Source of the DNA: Chloroflexota bacterium
GTDB taxonomy: Bacteria > Chloroflexota > JAJPGV01
DNA: 64,000 nucleotides
Direction: 5' to 3'
Assembly (NCBI GenBank): GCA_021325635.1
Contig: JAJPGV010000057.1
Coordinates: 7,238-71,237 of the forward strand
Position numbers and translations under genes: made by a program. The stretch's first letter is position 1; the number at the start of each line of letters is the position of its first letter. Below are positions 8,490 through 18,861 of the stretch, one piece after another. The notes beneath the pieces were generated by a model, which did not search any database, was not told the DNA's origin, and saw only the letters and a list, made by a program, of their open reading frames with translations.

Positions 8490-9452
8490 GTGTCCGCGAT
8501 CGTGGTTCCGTTGGACGGCTCGAAAACTTCCGAACGGGCGCTGCCGCTGGCTGCGGCGGTAGCCAAGGCCTTGAAAGCCTCGATTGTGCTCGTCGAGGCG
8601 CCAGTGACCATGGAATCGGTGGACGGTGGATTGATGCTCTACCGAGCCGTGCGTCGGGCTGAAGCGTACCTGGAGGAGCAGTGCGCGCGACTGCGCAGGG
8701 ATGGCTTCGACGTGCGCTCGGTGTCTACGGTCGCCGACCCGGCGGATCTGATCATGGCCGAAGCTCAGCGACCGGGCGTTGATGGAGTGGTCATATCCAC
8801 TCACGGCCGAACCGGCCTGCGCCGCGCATTGCTGGGAAGCGTCGCAGAGCGCGTCGTGCGGCATTCGTCCGTACCTGTCTATCTCATGCCGCCGCGCGCT
8901 GCTGCCACTGCCACGCGTGAGCTTGGTCGCGTGCTCGTCCCCCTCGACGGCTCTGCGTACTCCAGCATGGTCCTGGGCGCGGTGATCCCGCTGGCAAAGG
9001 CCTGCCGGGCTACCGTCTGCCTCATGCGATCGTTTGGCGAAGATGAAACCTTGCTGCCCGATTCCGATGAGGATGTCCAGCTGCCGGTTCCAGCCGCCTA
9101 CGACGAGCTTGCCGCTGCTGCCAGCGCCTATTTTCTGCCCATCCGGGCTCGGCTGCAGATGCAGGGCCTGGGCTCCGAAGCGTACTGGGCAAGCGGGGAT
9201 CCGGCCGCCGAGATCGTGCAGATGGCCGATCTCAAGCACATTGACCTGATTGCCCTGGCTACCCACGGTCGCACGGGATTGGCCAGGCTGCGCTTCGGCA
9301 GCGTGGCGGAGTCGGTGCTTCGCAAGAGCACTGTCCCGGTCATGACCTTTGGCCATGCTGCGCTCAAGCGGCTCTCGAGCGCAGTGAGCGCCTTCGAAGG
9401 CCGTCGCAAAGTGGCTGTCGAGGTCGATGCCGACCTCATCTACCATCGTTGA
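8490..9452 (+). CDS. Tandem-domain universal stress protein
   Basis: Two IVVPLDGS...THGRTG...GSVAE repeats; GAGGTG RBS before GTG 8490. Confidence 0.9.
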   Translation: MSAIVVPLDGSKTSERALPLAAAVAKALKASIVLVEAPVTMESVDGGLMLYRAVRRAEAYLEEQCARLRRDGFDVRSVSTVADPADLIMAEAQRPGVDGVVISTHGRTGLRRALLGSVAERVVRHSSVPVYLMPPRAAATATRELGRVLVPLDGSAYSSMVLGAVIPLAKACRATVCLMRSFGEDETLLPDSDEDVQLPVPAAYDELAAAASAYFLPIRARLQMQGLGSEAYWASGDPAAEIVQMADLKHIDLIALATHGRTGLARLRFGSVAESVLRKSTVPVMTFGHAALKRLSSAVSAFEGRRKVAVEVDADLIYHR

Positions 9453-9569
9453 TCCGGGGCCGATCGCGGCCGGGTCCGGATTCGCGCCAGCCTGTTCGCG
9501 GCTGGCTGGGGCGCTCAACCACGGCCCGCAGCGATTCCGCATGGCAGCTTTTTCGCTATACAGGCCGGT

Positions 9570-11522
9570 GTGAGCTCGGACCCGCATGCCTACATGCCGA
9601 TTGCCGACTACGCGCTGATTGGCGACTGCCACACCGCGGCGCTCATCTCCAAGGGCGGCTCCATCGATTGGTACTGCCCCGGCCGGTTCGATGCCTCGCC
9701 GGTCTTCTGGCGCCTATTGGATAGTGGCCAAGGCGGCCACTTCCGTGTATCTCCCGCTGAGCAGGGGTGGAAGGTGACCCGGCGTTATCGCGGCGAGACC
9801 AACGTCCTGGAGACCACCTTCGATCTGGGTGGCGGGCGGCTGCGACTGACCGACTTCATGCCAGTCCACCGCCGCCAGCGGTCGCGTGTAGGCCAGGACG
9901 TCGGCACTACCGGTAAGGTCCTTCGTCTGGTGGAGGCCGAAGGTCGAGACGCCGTCATCGAAGTGGATTTCAGGCCCTCATTCGATTTCGGAAGGGTTGA
10001 AACCCAGCTCTCGGTGATCCCCGGCATTGGCGCCGTGGCGTCCGACGGGGAACGCTCGCTGGCGCTGTATTGCGGCAGGTTTGAGCGCGTGTTTTCCAGG
10101 GATGGCGAGCTGCGCGGCCTGATCCGGCTGCGAGACGGCGAGCGTTCCTGGCTGGCGCTGACCCCGGTCTCCGACGGAGATGAGATTCGCCCTCTGCCAC
10201 AGCCCGACACGTGCGTGAGCGAGCTGCGGCGGACGCTGGAGTACTGGCAAGCGTGGGCGAGTCGCTGCCGCTACCAGGGCGCCTACCGAGCTCACGTGCT
10301 GCGATCGGCGCTGACGCTCAAGCTGCTCACGTATGAGCCGACGGGCGCTGTGGTTGCCGCCCCCACCACGTCCTTGCCGGAGCTCCTGGGCGGCATCCGC
10401 AACTGGGATTACCGCTTCACCTGGCTGCGAGACGCGTCGTTGATGCTGTACGCGCTCAGCACCGTTGGTTACCACGAGGAAGGAGCTGACTTCATCAGCT
10501 GGCTGGCCGCGACCACCAAGAACGACCCTACGCCCCGGCCCCAAATCATGTACGCGATCGACGGGGCGCATGAGTTGGCCGAGGAGCGGTTGGACCACGT
10601 CGACGGGTACAAGGGATCGCGTCCCGTACGCGTGGGAAATGGCGCCTACCAACAGCACCAGCTGGACATCTACGGAGACGTGCTCAGCGCAGCCCATCAG
10701 TTCCAGCATGTGGAGGCGGATCCGTCCATGCCGCTTCCGGAGGCTGCCGGGCAGCTGTGGCGGCGCAACTGGCCGCTGCTGTGCCGTTTCGTAGATCAAG
10801 CCGCCGCCGAGTGGCGAGAGCCGGACAGCGGCATTTGGGAAGTCCGTGGTGGTCTGCGCCATTTCCTGCACTCGAAGCTGATGTGCTGGGCGGCGGTCGA
10901 CAGCGGCTTGCGAATGGCTCAGGAGCAGCGGCTGCCTGCGCCCGCGGAGCGGTGGCGGCGGGCCTGCGAGGACATCAAGACCGCCATCCTGGATCGTGGC
11001 TTCAACCGCGAGCTGGGCGCCTTCACCCAGGCGTTCGACGACGATCATCTCGACGCGAGCGTGCTGGTGATGCCCCGGTATGGCTTTCTGCCGCCTACTG
11101 ATCCTCGATTTCAATCGACGGTCGACGCCATCCGTGGCCGGCTGTCGCGTGAGGGTCTGCTCCGACGCTATGAGGCCCCGTCAGGGCTCACGTCCGGCCC
11201 TGAAGCAACCTTCGTGTTGTGCAGCTTCTGGATGGTGGATGCGCTTGCGCTGGGTGGGCGGATCGACGAGGGACTGCGGCTCTTCGAGTCCCTCATCGGC
11301 TATCTCAACGACGTGGGCCTGATGTCGGAGGAGATCGATCCCTCCTCGTCGTCAGACGTTCTGCTGGGCAATTTTCCGCAGGGTTTCAGCCACATGGCCC
11401 TCATAAGCTCCGCGGTCAACCTGGGACTTGCCCAGGCTCGTGGGCCCGAGCAGCGGCCACATACCGAGCCCGAGCGCGCCGCCAAGGCCGCGGCGACCGC
11501 GGGCGACAGCACCGTCGGCTAG
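9570..11522 (+). CDS. Glycoside hydrolase family 15 (glucoamylase/trehalase-like)
   Basis: PIADYALIGDCHTAALIS, RNWDYRFTWLRDAS, GIWEVR and LGNFPQGFSH motifs. Confidence 0.92.
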   Translation: MSSDPHAYMPIADYALIGDCHTAALISKGGSIDWYCPGRFDASPVFWRLLDSGQGGHFRVSPAEQGWKVTRRYRGETNVLETTFDLGGGRLRLTDFMPVHRRQRSRVGQDVGTTGKVLRLVEAEGRDAVIEVDFRPSFDFGRVETQLSVIPGIGAVASDGERSLALYCGRFERVFSRDGELRGLIRLRDGERSWLALTPVSDGDEIRPLPQPDTCVSELRRTLEYWQAWASRCRYQGAYRAHVLRSALTLKLLTYEPTGAVVAAPTTSLPELLGGIRNWDYRFTWLRDASLMLYALSTVGYHEEGADFISWLAATTKNDPTPRPQIMYAIDGAHELAEERLDHVDGYKGSRPVRVGNGAYQQHQLDIYGDVLSAAHQFQHVEADPSMPLPEAAGQLWRRNWPLLCRFVDQAAAEWREPDSGIWEVRGGLRHFLHSKLMCWAAVDSGLRMAQEQRLPAPAERWRRACEDIKTAILDRGFNRELGAFTQAFDDDHLDASVLVMPRYGFLPPTDPRFQSTVDAIRGRLSREGLLRRYEAPSGLTSGPEATFVLCSFWMVDALALGGRIDEGLRLFESLIGYLNDVGLMSEEIDPSSSSDVLLGNFPQGFSHMALISSAVNLGLAQARGPEQRPHTEPERAAKAAATAGDSTVG

Positions 11523-11546
11523 GACTCCCCGGAACGCCGGGCCTGG

Positions 11547-12119
11547 TCAGTGCTTGCCAAGCTCGACCACAATCGCACCATTCGAGATCAGCGGATTCTT
11601 GAACACGAGCCAGAAGCTCCGACCGGTGGGCACGTCGTACGTGAGGCTCCCCTCCAAGGTAGTGCCCGGGGCAAGGTTCCCGTCCGGTGGTTTGGCTGTC
11701 CCGATGCTGGCCGTTGCCGGATAGGACTGCCCGGCGCCGTCCCGGAGCTCGAAGTCCGTTGCGCTGGAGATCGCGAACGGCTGGTCGCCGGCGCCAGCGG
11801 CGTTGTGGACCTCGACGTCGACCTGCATGAACTGCCCCTGCGAAGGCTGGCGTCCCGCTTCTCCGGCCGGCGGCGTGGTGACGCTGGTGACGCCGAACTG
11901 CACGCCGTTGGACACGACGACGTCGCCAGGCTGAATCGTGAATACTCCCGCGGCCTCGTCGACCCCGGGGGCAACCGGCTGCAGTCCGCTGCTGCTCGAG
12001 GCTTGCGCCGCCGGAGGCGGTGTCCCGAGGACCACGCGCGATGGTGCAGCCGGCTTTCTGCTGGACAGAAAGATGACCGCGGCGGTCACCAGCATGGCAA
12101 GCAGCACCGCGAAAGGCAT
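11547..12119 (-). CDS. DUF4352-like membrane-anchored protein
   Basis: N-terminal TM helix, Pro/Ser linker, then VDVEVHN...FELRDG.GQSY...LAPG..EGSLTYDVP. Confidence 0.7.
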   Translation of the reverse strand: MPFAVLLAMLVTAAVIFLSSRKPAAPSRVVLGTPPPAAQASSSSGLQPVAPGVDEAAGVFTIQPGDVVVSNGVQFGVTSVTTPPAGEAGRQPSQGQFMQVDVEVHNAAGAGDQPFAISSATDFELRDGAGQSYPATASIGTAKPPDGNLAPGTTLEGSLTYDVPTGRSFWLVFKNPLISNGAIVVELGKH

Positions 12120-12286
12120 GGCGGTGCGTCGATTCACGGCTAGAGCGTAGCTCCCTGCGCAGCTGCGCAGGTGGTCCAGGCGAGGCTTGCGAAGGCGCGC
12201 TGGAGGCCTATCGCTGTCTGGCGGCCGTGGAGGCGGCATAATAGCGACGTACGGTTCAGACGGTCAGCGGTGGCCGTCAGGAGCAT

Positions 12287-13414
12287 ATGAATCGAGACGT
12301 GCGCCGTGGTTTCCTCCTGACGTGCGGGGGGTTGATTGCCATTGGCGCCGGTTATCTGCTGTATGTCGCTCGGGGGGTGCTGCTTCTGCTGCTGGCCGCC
12401 GTCATCGTGGCGCAAGCGATTGCTCCTGGCGTGGACATGCTCAGGAAACGCGGACTCTCGCTCGCTCTGGCGCTGGCCTGCATCTACTCCATCATCATCA
12501 TTGGCTGCGGCGCATTGGCCTGGCGGCTGGAGGAGACGCTGGGCAGCGACCTCTCGGGTGGCGCAGCGGCCTTAGGAGAAGTCCAGCAGCAGATCCATGC
12601 CGCGGCGGCGAGCTCGGAACCGCTGCTGCGGGGCATGTTCGGTGGTTTGGAACGGCTCATCAGCCGCCTGATCGAGGCCGGCACCGCGACCACCCCTCGG
12701 CAGAGCGTCTCGGAAGTCAGAACCGCGGCGGCCGCGGCATTCTCCTTCCTCTCGGTGCTCGTCTTCTCAGCCTATTGGTTGACCGAGCACCAACGCATCC
12801 GGTCGGTTGTCCTGGCGCTGGTGCCAGAGCCTCGTCGAGAGCGGGCGGGCAGGGTGTGGGATGACGTAGCCGAGCAATTCGGGGCCTGGGCACGTGGCGA
12901 AATCGTTCTCATGCTGACCATCGCGGTGCCTTTCGGCCTAGCTCTGGAGCTGGCTGGCAGCCACTATCCCATCCTGTTGGCGATGTTTGCCGGCATTGTT
13001 GGGGTGATACCAGTGATTGGCTCGATCCTGGGTCCGGCGCCCGCGGTGCTCCTCTCGCTTACACAGGGCCTGCCGCAAGGTCTATTCGTGCTGGCGGTTG
13101 GCGTGCTTCTGCAGCTCGTCGAGGGCATCATCGTTGGTCCTCGGCTCATGAGTCGCATCACCGGGGTTTCACCCTTCATCGTGCTATGCGGCATCATCGT
13201 CGGCGCTGCCGTGGACGGTATCGCGGGAGCGTTCGTGGCCGTTCCACTGGCGGCGATGGGCGCTGTCGCCCTGCGGCACTCCGGGCTGCCGTTCGATCTG
13301 CGGCGGACCCCACCGAAGGCGCCGGCCCCTGCGGAGGGAGCCGACACGGCAACGCCAAGCCTCTCGCCCGTGGAGCCGATGCCGATGCCCCGCCAGGTCC
13401 CGACCGGCCGCTGA
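12287..13414 (+). CDS. AI-2E (PerM) family transporter
   Basis: Multi-TM; IPVIGSILGPAPAV and QLVEG.IVGPRLM motifs. Confidence 0.85.
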   Translation: MNRDVRRGFLLTCGGLIAIGAGYLLYVARGVLLLLLAAVIVAQAIAPGVDMLRKRGLSLALALACIYSIIIIGCGALAWRLEETLGSDLSGGAAALGEVQQQIHAAAASSEPLLRGMFGGLERLISRLIEAGTATTPRQSVSEVRTAAAAAFSFLSVLVFSAYWLTEHQRIRSVVLALVPEPRRERAGRVWDDVAEQFGAWARGEIVLMLTIAVPFGLALELAGSHYPILLAMFAGIVGVIPVIGSILGPAPAVLLSLTQGLPQGLFVLAVGVLLQLVEGIIVGPRLMSRITGVSPFIVLCGIIVGAAVDGIAGAFVAVPLAAMGAVALRHSGLPFDLRRTPPKAPAPAEGADTATPSLSPVEPMPMPRQVPTGR

Positions 13415-13477
13415 AACGCGCGGCTCTTGAGCCGTGACCTTGTCGCCCGCCAGGAGCCTGGGCACTTTGCCGGGTCT

Positions 13478-13636
13478 CTAAGGATGAAAGTGATGCTTCC
13501 CCCCATAGCGGGCTTTCAAGTAGTCGGCGATCATGAATATGCCAAAGGAAAGCACGAATGTGACAGCGATCACCGCCGCGAGGATGACGAGATTCGTCAC
13601 GAGGAAACAGAGCCTCCCTGCAATCTCGAGTCTCAT
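13478..13636 (-). CDS. Small single-TM hypothetical protein
   Basis: Hydrophobic stretch followed by basic/His tail (52 aa). Confidence 0.45.
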   Translation of the reverse strand: MRLEIAGRLCFLVTNLVILAAVIAVTFVLSFGIFMIADYLKARYGGKHHFHP

Positions 13637-14064
13637 GGGCGGCCGCTCAAGAAGGTGCAAACGGGCCGTTAGAAGCCCAGATCAAACGGGCGCGCAGGAT
13701 GCAGCGCAGGAGGAGAACTGTGCGCTGGCTGGCTTAACCAGGCAGCGAGTCTCCCTTGCCGTGAGGTTGTCGAAGTATTGCCCTGAATTTGACAGGCAAT
13801 TTATGCCCGGGAACGCATAGTGTCGACACAGAGTAAGGGACCGACGGCCGTCCGACCGAAAGAGAAGACATCCCTCGGCACCCTGCGAGAGGAAGCCGAC
13901 GAGCTTCCCCTGTGAGGCTTGGATGGGTACCGTCCAGGCCTCTTCTGCTGCTTCTGACCCTTCGCCCGTTCGCTTGGGCCAGGCTTTACCAGCCGTTTCG
14001 GCGTCCTTGACGGGAAGTTGGCGCGTGGCTCGGTAGTGTGGACGTGAAGGAAGGAGACAAGCAT

Positions 14065-14763
14065 ATGAATCGTGGGACTCTGTGGCTCGGCCTCATGCTG
14101 GTCGCGCTCGGCGTCATCTTTCTGCTCGATCAGTTTGGAGTGGTGGTCGGAGCGGCGCTGCTCGCGGCCTGGTGGCCGGTGGCGATCATCGCTCTCGGTC
14201 TCCTGGCGTTCACAGCCGGGGCTTCGACAGGCGCGGTACTCGTTACCGTGCTGGGGTTGATGCTGCTGGTCGGAACGCTGGGGATCATCGCCGTCACGTT
14301 CAGCTTGGTCTGGCCACTGCTTATCGTCGTCCTCGGTATCGGCCTGCTCAGCGGCGGATTCGGATCGTTTCGCCGTCCGGGGCCCGGAGATGAAGCCGTG
14401 GATCAGTTCGCTCTGTTCAGTGGCTACGAGATTCGCAGTGTCGCCCGGCACTTTCGGGGCGGCTCGCTCATGGCGCTGTTCGGCGGTTTCACCCTGGACC
14501 TCCATGAGGCGCAGCTTGCCGAGAATGGCGCCCACCTGCAGGTGACCGCGCTCTTTGGTGGCGGAACCATCCTGGTCCCGCCGGGCTGGCGAATCACCAT
14601 GAGCGGGCTGCCGATTTTCGGCGGGTTCAGTGATAAGACCGGCCAAGCCGGGCCGCTCCCTCCGAGCGCCCCGCATCTCCATGTAGACGTTTTGTGCATG
14701 TTCGGCGGCGTTGAGGTCAAGCTCCATGAGGCTGCGCAACGACCGTTCCAAGCCGCGGCCTGA
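14065..14763 (+). CDS. LiaF/DUF2154-like cell-envelope stress membrane protein
   Basis: Four N-terminal TM helices with WWPV motif, then ALFGG.TLDL.EA...ALFGG.TILVPPGW repeats; AAGGAG RBS. Confidence 0.8.
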   Translation: MNRGTLWLGLMLVALGVIFLLDQFGVVVGAALLAAWWPVAIIALGLLAFTAGASTGAVLVTVLGLMLLVGTLGIIAVTFSLVWPLLIVVLGIGLLSGGFGSFRRPGPGDEAVDQFALFSGYEIRSVARHFRGGSLMALFGGFTLDLHEAQLAENGAHLQVTALFGGGTILVPPGWRITMSGLPIFGGFSDKTGQAGPLPPSAPHLHVDVLCMFGGVEVKLHEAAQRPFQAAA

Positions 14764-14788
14764 CACGGTACGAGGAGACCAAGGAACG

Positions 14789-15040
14789 ATGGCAAGAACC
14801 GCGCACGAGTACCTGTGGGTCCTGCTGGCCCTGGATCCCCAGAAAGGGCAAGTCTGGCTTCGCCAGGGCAATCCCGACGTCCTTGGAGTCAGTGGCAGCG
14901 ATGTTCCGATGGAGTTCGGACGCTGGAACATGATCCTCAATCAGCTGGGCGCCCAAGGTTGGGGCGTAGTGTCAACGGATGTCGTCGAAGGTGAGTCCGC
15001 ACACGAGCAGCTGTGGCTGCTCGAACGCGAGCTGCAGTAG
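14789..15040 (+). CDS. Small hypothetical protein (DUF4177-like)
   Basis: HEYL...LNQLGAQGWGVVS...LLERE pattern; AAGGA RBS. Confidence 0.6.
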   Translation: MARTAHEYLWVLLALDPQKGQVWLRQGNPDVLGVSGSDVPMEFGRWNMILNQLGAQGWGVVSTDVVEGESAHEQLWLLERELQ

Positions 15041-15126
15041 TCGAGCTCCCCGGGCAGGTGCCGTTTGCCCATGGTTGAACCGAGCGTGCCGGTGGGGATG
15101 ACGTGCGGATGCGCGGCGGTGCGTTC

Positions 15127-15483
15127 TCAGTCCGGGATAAACGACCTGGTCGCGTCGAGCAGGGTATCCATGTCGAATGGCTTCTGGAGGAACATGCAGC
15201 TATCGAACGCGTCGAAGGCCTGAGCAGGCAGGGTATCGGCCGACATGAAGATCAGCGGCAGCTGGGGCCATTGGCGCCGTAGATGCGTGCCCAGCTCGAG
15301 GCCATTCATGCCGGGCATCGTGTAGTCCAGCAGGGCGAGGCGTGGGGGTTCAGCGGCTGCCACGGTCAACGCTTCCGTGCCGTTGCCCGCCACCGTCACC
15401 GGGTACCCCGACTCTTCCAGGATGTCTGCCACCACGCTCCGAAACTGCTGCTCGTCGTCCACGACCAGGATAGGCGGAGGCAC
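15127..15483 (-). CDS. Single-domain response regulator
   Basis: ILVVDDE, LALLDYTMPGMNG, FMSA and LQKPF motifs. Confidence 0.9.
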   Translation of the reverse strand: MPPPILVVDDEQQFRSVVADILEESGYPVTVAGNGTEALTVAAAEPPRLALLDYTMPGMNGLELGTHLRRQWPQLPLIFMSADTLPAQAFDAFDSCMFLQKPFDMDTLLDATRSFIPD

Positions 15484-15695
15484 TTACTCACGCCTCCGCA
15501 ACCGATTCGGCAGGGAGTTACCACTGCAACGAGATGAGCTCGCTTCCAACATCCTCACACCCCTCGCTCCGATGAGCTCGATGTTCCACGTTCAATGTAA
15601 CGATTCTCCCGTCCGGTCGGTTATCGGCCGCGGAAAGGCCGCGGCAAGTGTTCTCCGTTTTCGCTGGTAGACATGGCACAATCGCGGGCTATACC

Positions 15696-18278
15696 ATGCT
15701 GAGGCGTAGCGGCAAGAGCAGCCTCACGGTTGCTGAGGCCAACACCTCAATCGGCGCGGACGTTCCATTCTGGGAGGTGCCCTCGAGCAATCTCCTGTGC
15801 AGCCTATCGACTTCTGAGCAGGGGCTAACGGCCGAGGAAGCGGAGCGCAGGCTGGGGACCTGTGGGCGGAACGAAGTCGCCCAGTTGGGCCGCATCACGG
15901 CCTTGACCGAAGTCGTTTCTTTCCTGCTCAACCCGTTGGTTGTCATCCTGCTGGTGGCTAGCGCTATCTCGGTAATACTCGGCGACGTCACCGACGCCGG
16001 CATCATTGCCTTGATCGTGCTGTTGAGCGTGGTGCTCAACTTCTTCCAGGCTTATCGCTCGCAGCACGCTTCTGCCGCGCTCCGGGATATGGTTGCCACG
16101 TTCGCCACCGTCCGGCGTGACGGAGCCTGGATAGAGGCGCCGATGGCGGAGGTCGTCCCGGGGGACGTCGTGCGTCTCTCAGCCGGCGACCTGGTGCCAG
16201 GCGACGCACGGCTGCTCGAGGCGAGAGATCTCACTATCAACCAATCGGCGCTGACGGGTGAGTCGTTCCCGGCAGAGAAGGCGGCCCGTGCTGTTCCATC
16301 TGGCGCCGGCACCCGCTCGCTGGCCGAGGTTGACAACGCGGTATTCCTGGGAACGTCGGTAATCAGCGGATCGGCGACCGCGGCTGTTGTGCTCACCGGC
16401 CCTGCGACTCAGTTCGGGCAGATTGGGCAGCGGCTGCGCGGCCGCCCAGCTCAAACCGAGTTCGAGCGGGGCACCCGCAGCTTTGGCCTGCTGATCACTC
16501 GCAGCGTCGCGTTCCTCGTGATCTTTGTGTTCCTGGTGAACACGTTGGCCCATCGCGGCACGCTGGAAGCGTTTCTCTTCGCCGTCGCCTTGGCGGTGGG
16601 GCTCACCCCTGAGTTTCTGCCGATGATCGTTTCTGTCACCCTTGCGCAGGGTGCCCTGCGGATGGCTCGCCAGAAGGTCATTGTGAAGCATCTTCCATCA
16701 ATCGAGAACTTTGGCAGCCTGGACATCCTGTGCACCGACAAGACCGGCACGATCACCACCGGTCAGGTTCAGGTCCAGAGCGTGGTCGATTGGCGCGGTC
16801 GCAATGACCCATACGTGCTTCGTCTGGCGCATGTGAACAGCTCCCTCGAAACCGGAATAAAGAGCCCTCTGGACCAGGCCATCATGAGCTCCCAGCCTCA
16901 ACCGGGTGCGGCCGCGACGAAGATCGACGAGATTCCGTTCGACTTCATCCGCCGCCGGCTGTCTGTCGTTGCCTCGTTGGATGGCGCCTGTCTGCTCATC
17001 ACCAAAGGCGCTCCCGAAAGTGTGATGGAGGTGTGCATGGCCTACCGGATGGGGGCGGCTGCCATGCCTTTCGACGATGGCGCCCGGGCGCAGGCGCAAA
17101 GCACGTTCGAACGTCTGAGCGCGGAAGGGTACCGCCTGTTGGCGGTCGCCTACCGGGAAGTCACGGACCAGGCTGCGTACACAGCGGCGGACGAGCGTGA
17201 GCTCGTGCTCGCCGGATTCGTCGCTTTCGTGGACCCACCCAAAGACACTGCTCGCAGCGCCATACAGGCACTGCGAGCCGACGAGGTCGAAATAAAGATC
17301 ATCACCGGGGACAACGAGCTGGTGACCAGGCACGTGTGTAGGGCGGTCGGCCTGCCGACCGATGACATCGTGCTTGGCAGGGAGATCAGCGCGGTCACAG
17401 ACGATGCGCTTGCCTCACTGGCCGAGCGCACGTCGGTGTTTGCGCGGGTTTCACCGGATCAGAAGAACCGCATCATCGCCGCACTCAAAGCTCGCGGCCA
17501 TGTTGTCGGCTTTTTGGGTGACGGCATCAATGACGCGCCCTCGATGCGCACCGCCGACGTGGGTATCTCGGTGGCGAACGCCGTCGATGTGGCCAAGGAG
17601 GCCGCCGACATCATCTTGCTGGAGCAAAGCCTGGAGGTGTTGCATCGGGGCGTGATCGAGGGCCGTCGCAGCTTTGGCAACATCACCAAGTACGTCTTGA
17701 TGGGCACCAGCTCCAACTTCGGCAACATGTTCAGCATGGCAGGAGCGACGCTCTTCCTGCCGTTCCTGCCGATGCTTCCTTCGCAGATCCTGCTGAACAA
17801 CTTCCTCTACGACCTGTCCCAGGTGACGATTCCAACCGATAAGGTGGATCCGACGTACCTGCAGAAGCCGAAGCGCTGGAACGTGTCGTTTATCCAGCGC
17901 TTCATGCTGCTGTTCGGTCCACTGAGCTCTGTCTATGACTTTCTGACCTTCTTCGTGCTGCTGAACCTGTTCCAAGCTTCCGAGCAGCTGTTTCACACGG
18001 GCTGGTTCATCGAGTCGCTGGCCACGCAAACCCTGGTCATCTTCGTAATCCGAACGGCCGGGAATCCATTCAAGAGCCGTCCCAGCCTGGCGCTCGCGGT
18101 CAGCGTTCCTGTCGCGGTGCTGGCCGGGCTCTGGCTGACCGGATCGCCGTTGGCGCCGTCGCTGGGCTTTGCCTTCCCGCCGCCGGCATTTTTCTTAGCG
18201 CTGCTGCTGCTGCTGCTGACCTATTTGGGGCTCGTCCAACTGGCCAAGCGCTGGTTCTACCAGCGGGCCACGCTCTAA
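15696..18278 (+). CDS. mgtA: Magnesium-translocating P-type ATPase
   Basis: LTGES, GLTPEFLPM, DKTGT and GDGINDAP motifs; LLNNFLYD and TGWFIESLATQTLVIFVIRT are typical of the MgtA subfamily. Confidence 0.88.
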   Translation: MLRRSGKSSLTVAEANTSIGADVPFWEVPSSNLLCSLSTSEQGLTAEEAERRLGTCGRNEVAQLGRITALTEVVSFLLNPLVVILLVASAISVILGDVTDAGIIALIVLLSVVLNFFQAYRSQHASAALRDMVATFATVRRDGAWIEAPMAEVVPGDVVRLSAGDLVPGDARLLEARDLTINQSALTGESFPAEKAARAVPSGAGTRSLAEVDNAVFLGTSVISGSATAAVVLTGPATQFGQIGQRLRGRPAQTEFERGTRSFGLLITRSVAFLVIFVFLVNTLAHRGTLEAFLFAVALAVGLTPEFLPMIVSVTLAQGALRMARQKVIVKHLPSIENFGSLDILCTDKTGTITTGQVQVQSVVDWRGRNDPYVLRLAHVNSSLETGIKSPLDQAIMSSQPQPGAAATKIDEIPFDFIRRRLSVVASLDGACLLITKGAPESVMEVCMAYRMGAAAMPFDDGARAQAQSTFERLSAEGYRLLAVAYREVTDQAAYTAADERELVLAGFVAFVDPPKDTARSAIQALRADEVEIKIITGDNELVTRHVCRAVGLPTDDIVLGREISAVTDDALASLAERTSVFARVSPDQKNRIIAALKARGHVVGFLGDGINDAPSMRTADVGISVANAVDVAKEAADIILLEQSLEVLHRGVIEGRRSFGNITKYVLMGTSSNFGNMFSMAGATLFLPFLPMLPSQILLNNFLYDLSQVTIPTDKVDPTYLQKPKRWNVSFIQRFMLLFGPLSSVYDFLTFFVLLNLFQASEQLFHTGWFIESLATQTLVIFVIRTAGNPFKSRPSLALAVSVPVAVLAGLWLTGSPLAPSLGFAFPPPAFFLALLLLLLTYLGLVQLAKRWFYQRATL

Positions 18279-18426
18279 GAACGGGCGATGGTCAGGCAGT
18301 CGGCGCCGGTCTGATCAAGCGGCGGGTTATTGGGCTTGGAATGATCACCGGCCGGCCGCCGCGCAGGACCGCCGCTGCCGAACTTGACGTTCCGAGTCGA
18401 CGCCTATGCCGGTCATCCGACCCCGT

Positions 18427-18861
18427 TCAAAGTGGGAACGATCTCATGAAGTTCGCGGTCGCCAGATACTGCTGCTCCGCACCCTCGATCATCAGCTTGT
18501 GCGCCAGCATCACATCGGAGTTGGGGATCCATCGACGTGGTGCAATGCACAGCGTGCCGGTGATATGTGTAGCCTCATAGACCTGTACCCGCGCCGGATC
18601 TGCCGGGATACGGTAGATACGTCCATTTATGCTCGGGCTGTCTACCTCGACGTATCCGTGCTGCTCGAGTTGTTCGCGCTGGGTGGGCGTCAGCAAGCGC
18701 TGCAGGAGAGCCGCTGCTCGAGCCTCGGCTTCGGACCGCTGCTTGGCTCCAGTCCACGAGCTGCCGCGCAGCCCCTGGATTATCGCTTCAGCTGCGGCGG
18801 TGATTGCCAGAAGCGCGCAGAGCAGCACCACGCCGGCGAGGACGCCTGCAGGGACGCTCAT
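18427..18861 (-). CDS. Hypothetical protein with N-terminal TM anchor (partner of Ub-like gene)
   Basis: ATGA overlap with the upstream gene; TM segment then EARAAALL..LLTP.QREQ...GY.EV...YRI...LCIAP...DVMLAHKLMIE. Confidence 0.75.
   Translation of the reverse strand: MSVPAGVLAGVVLLCALLAITAAAEAIIQGLRGSSWTGAKQRSEAEARAAALLQRLLTPTQREQLEQHGYVEVDSPSINGRIYRIPADPARVQVYEATHITGTLCIAPRRWIPNSDVMLAHKLMIEGAEQQYLATANFMRSFPL

Noticed and set aside
15484-15695. Possible M-box riboswitch or Pro-rich mgtL leader upstream of mgtA
   Set aside because: No recognisable ykoK consensus, Pro-rich short ORF or terminator.
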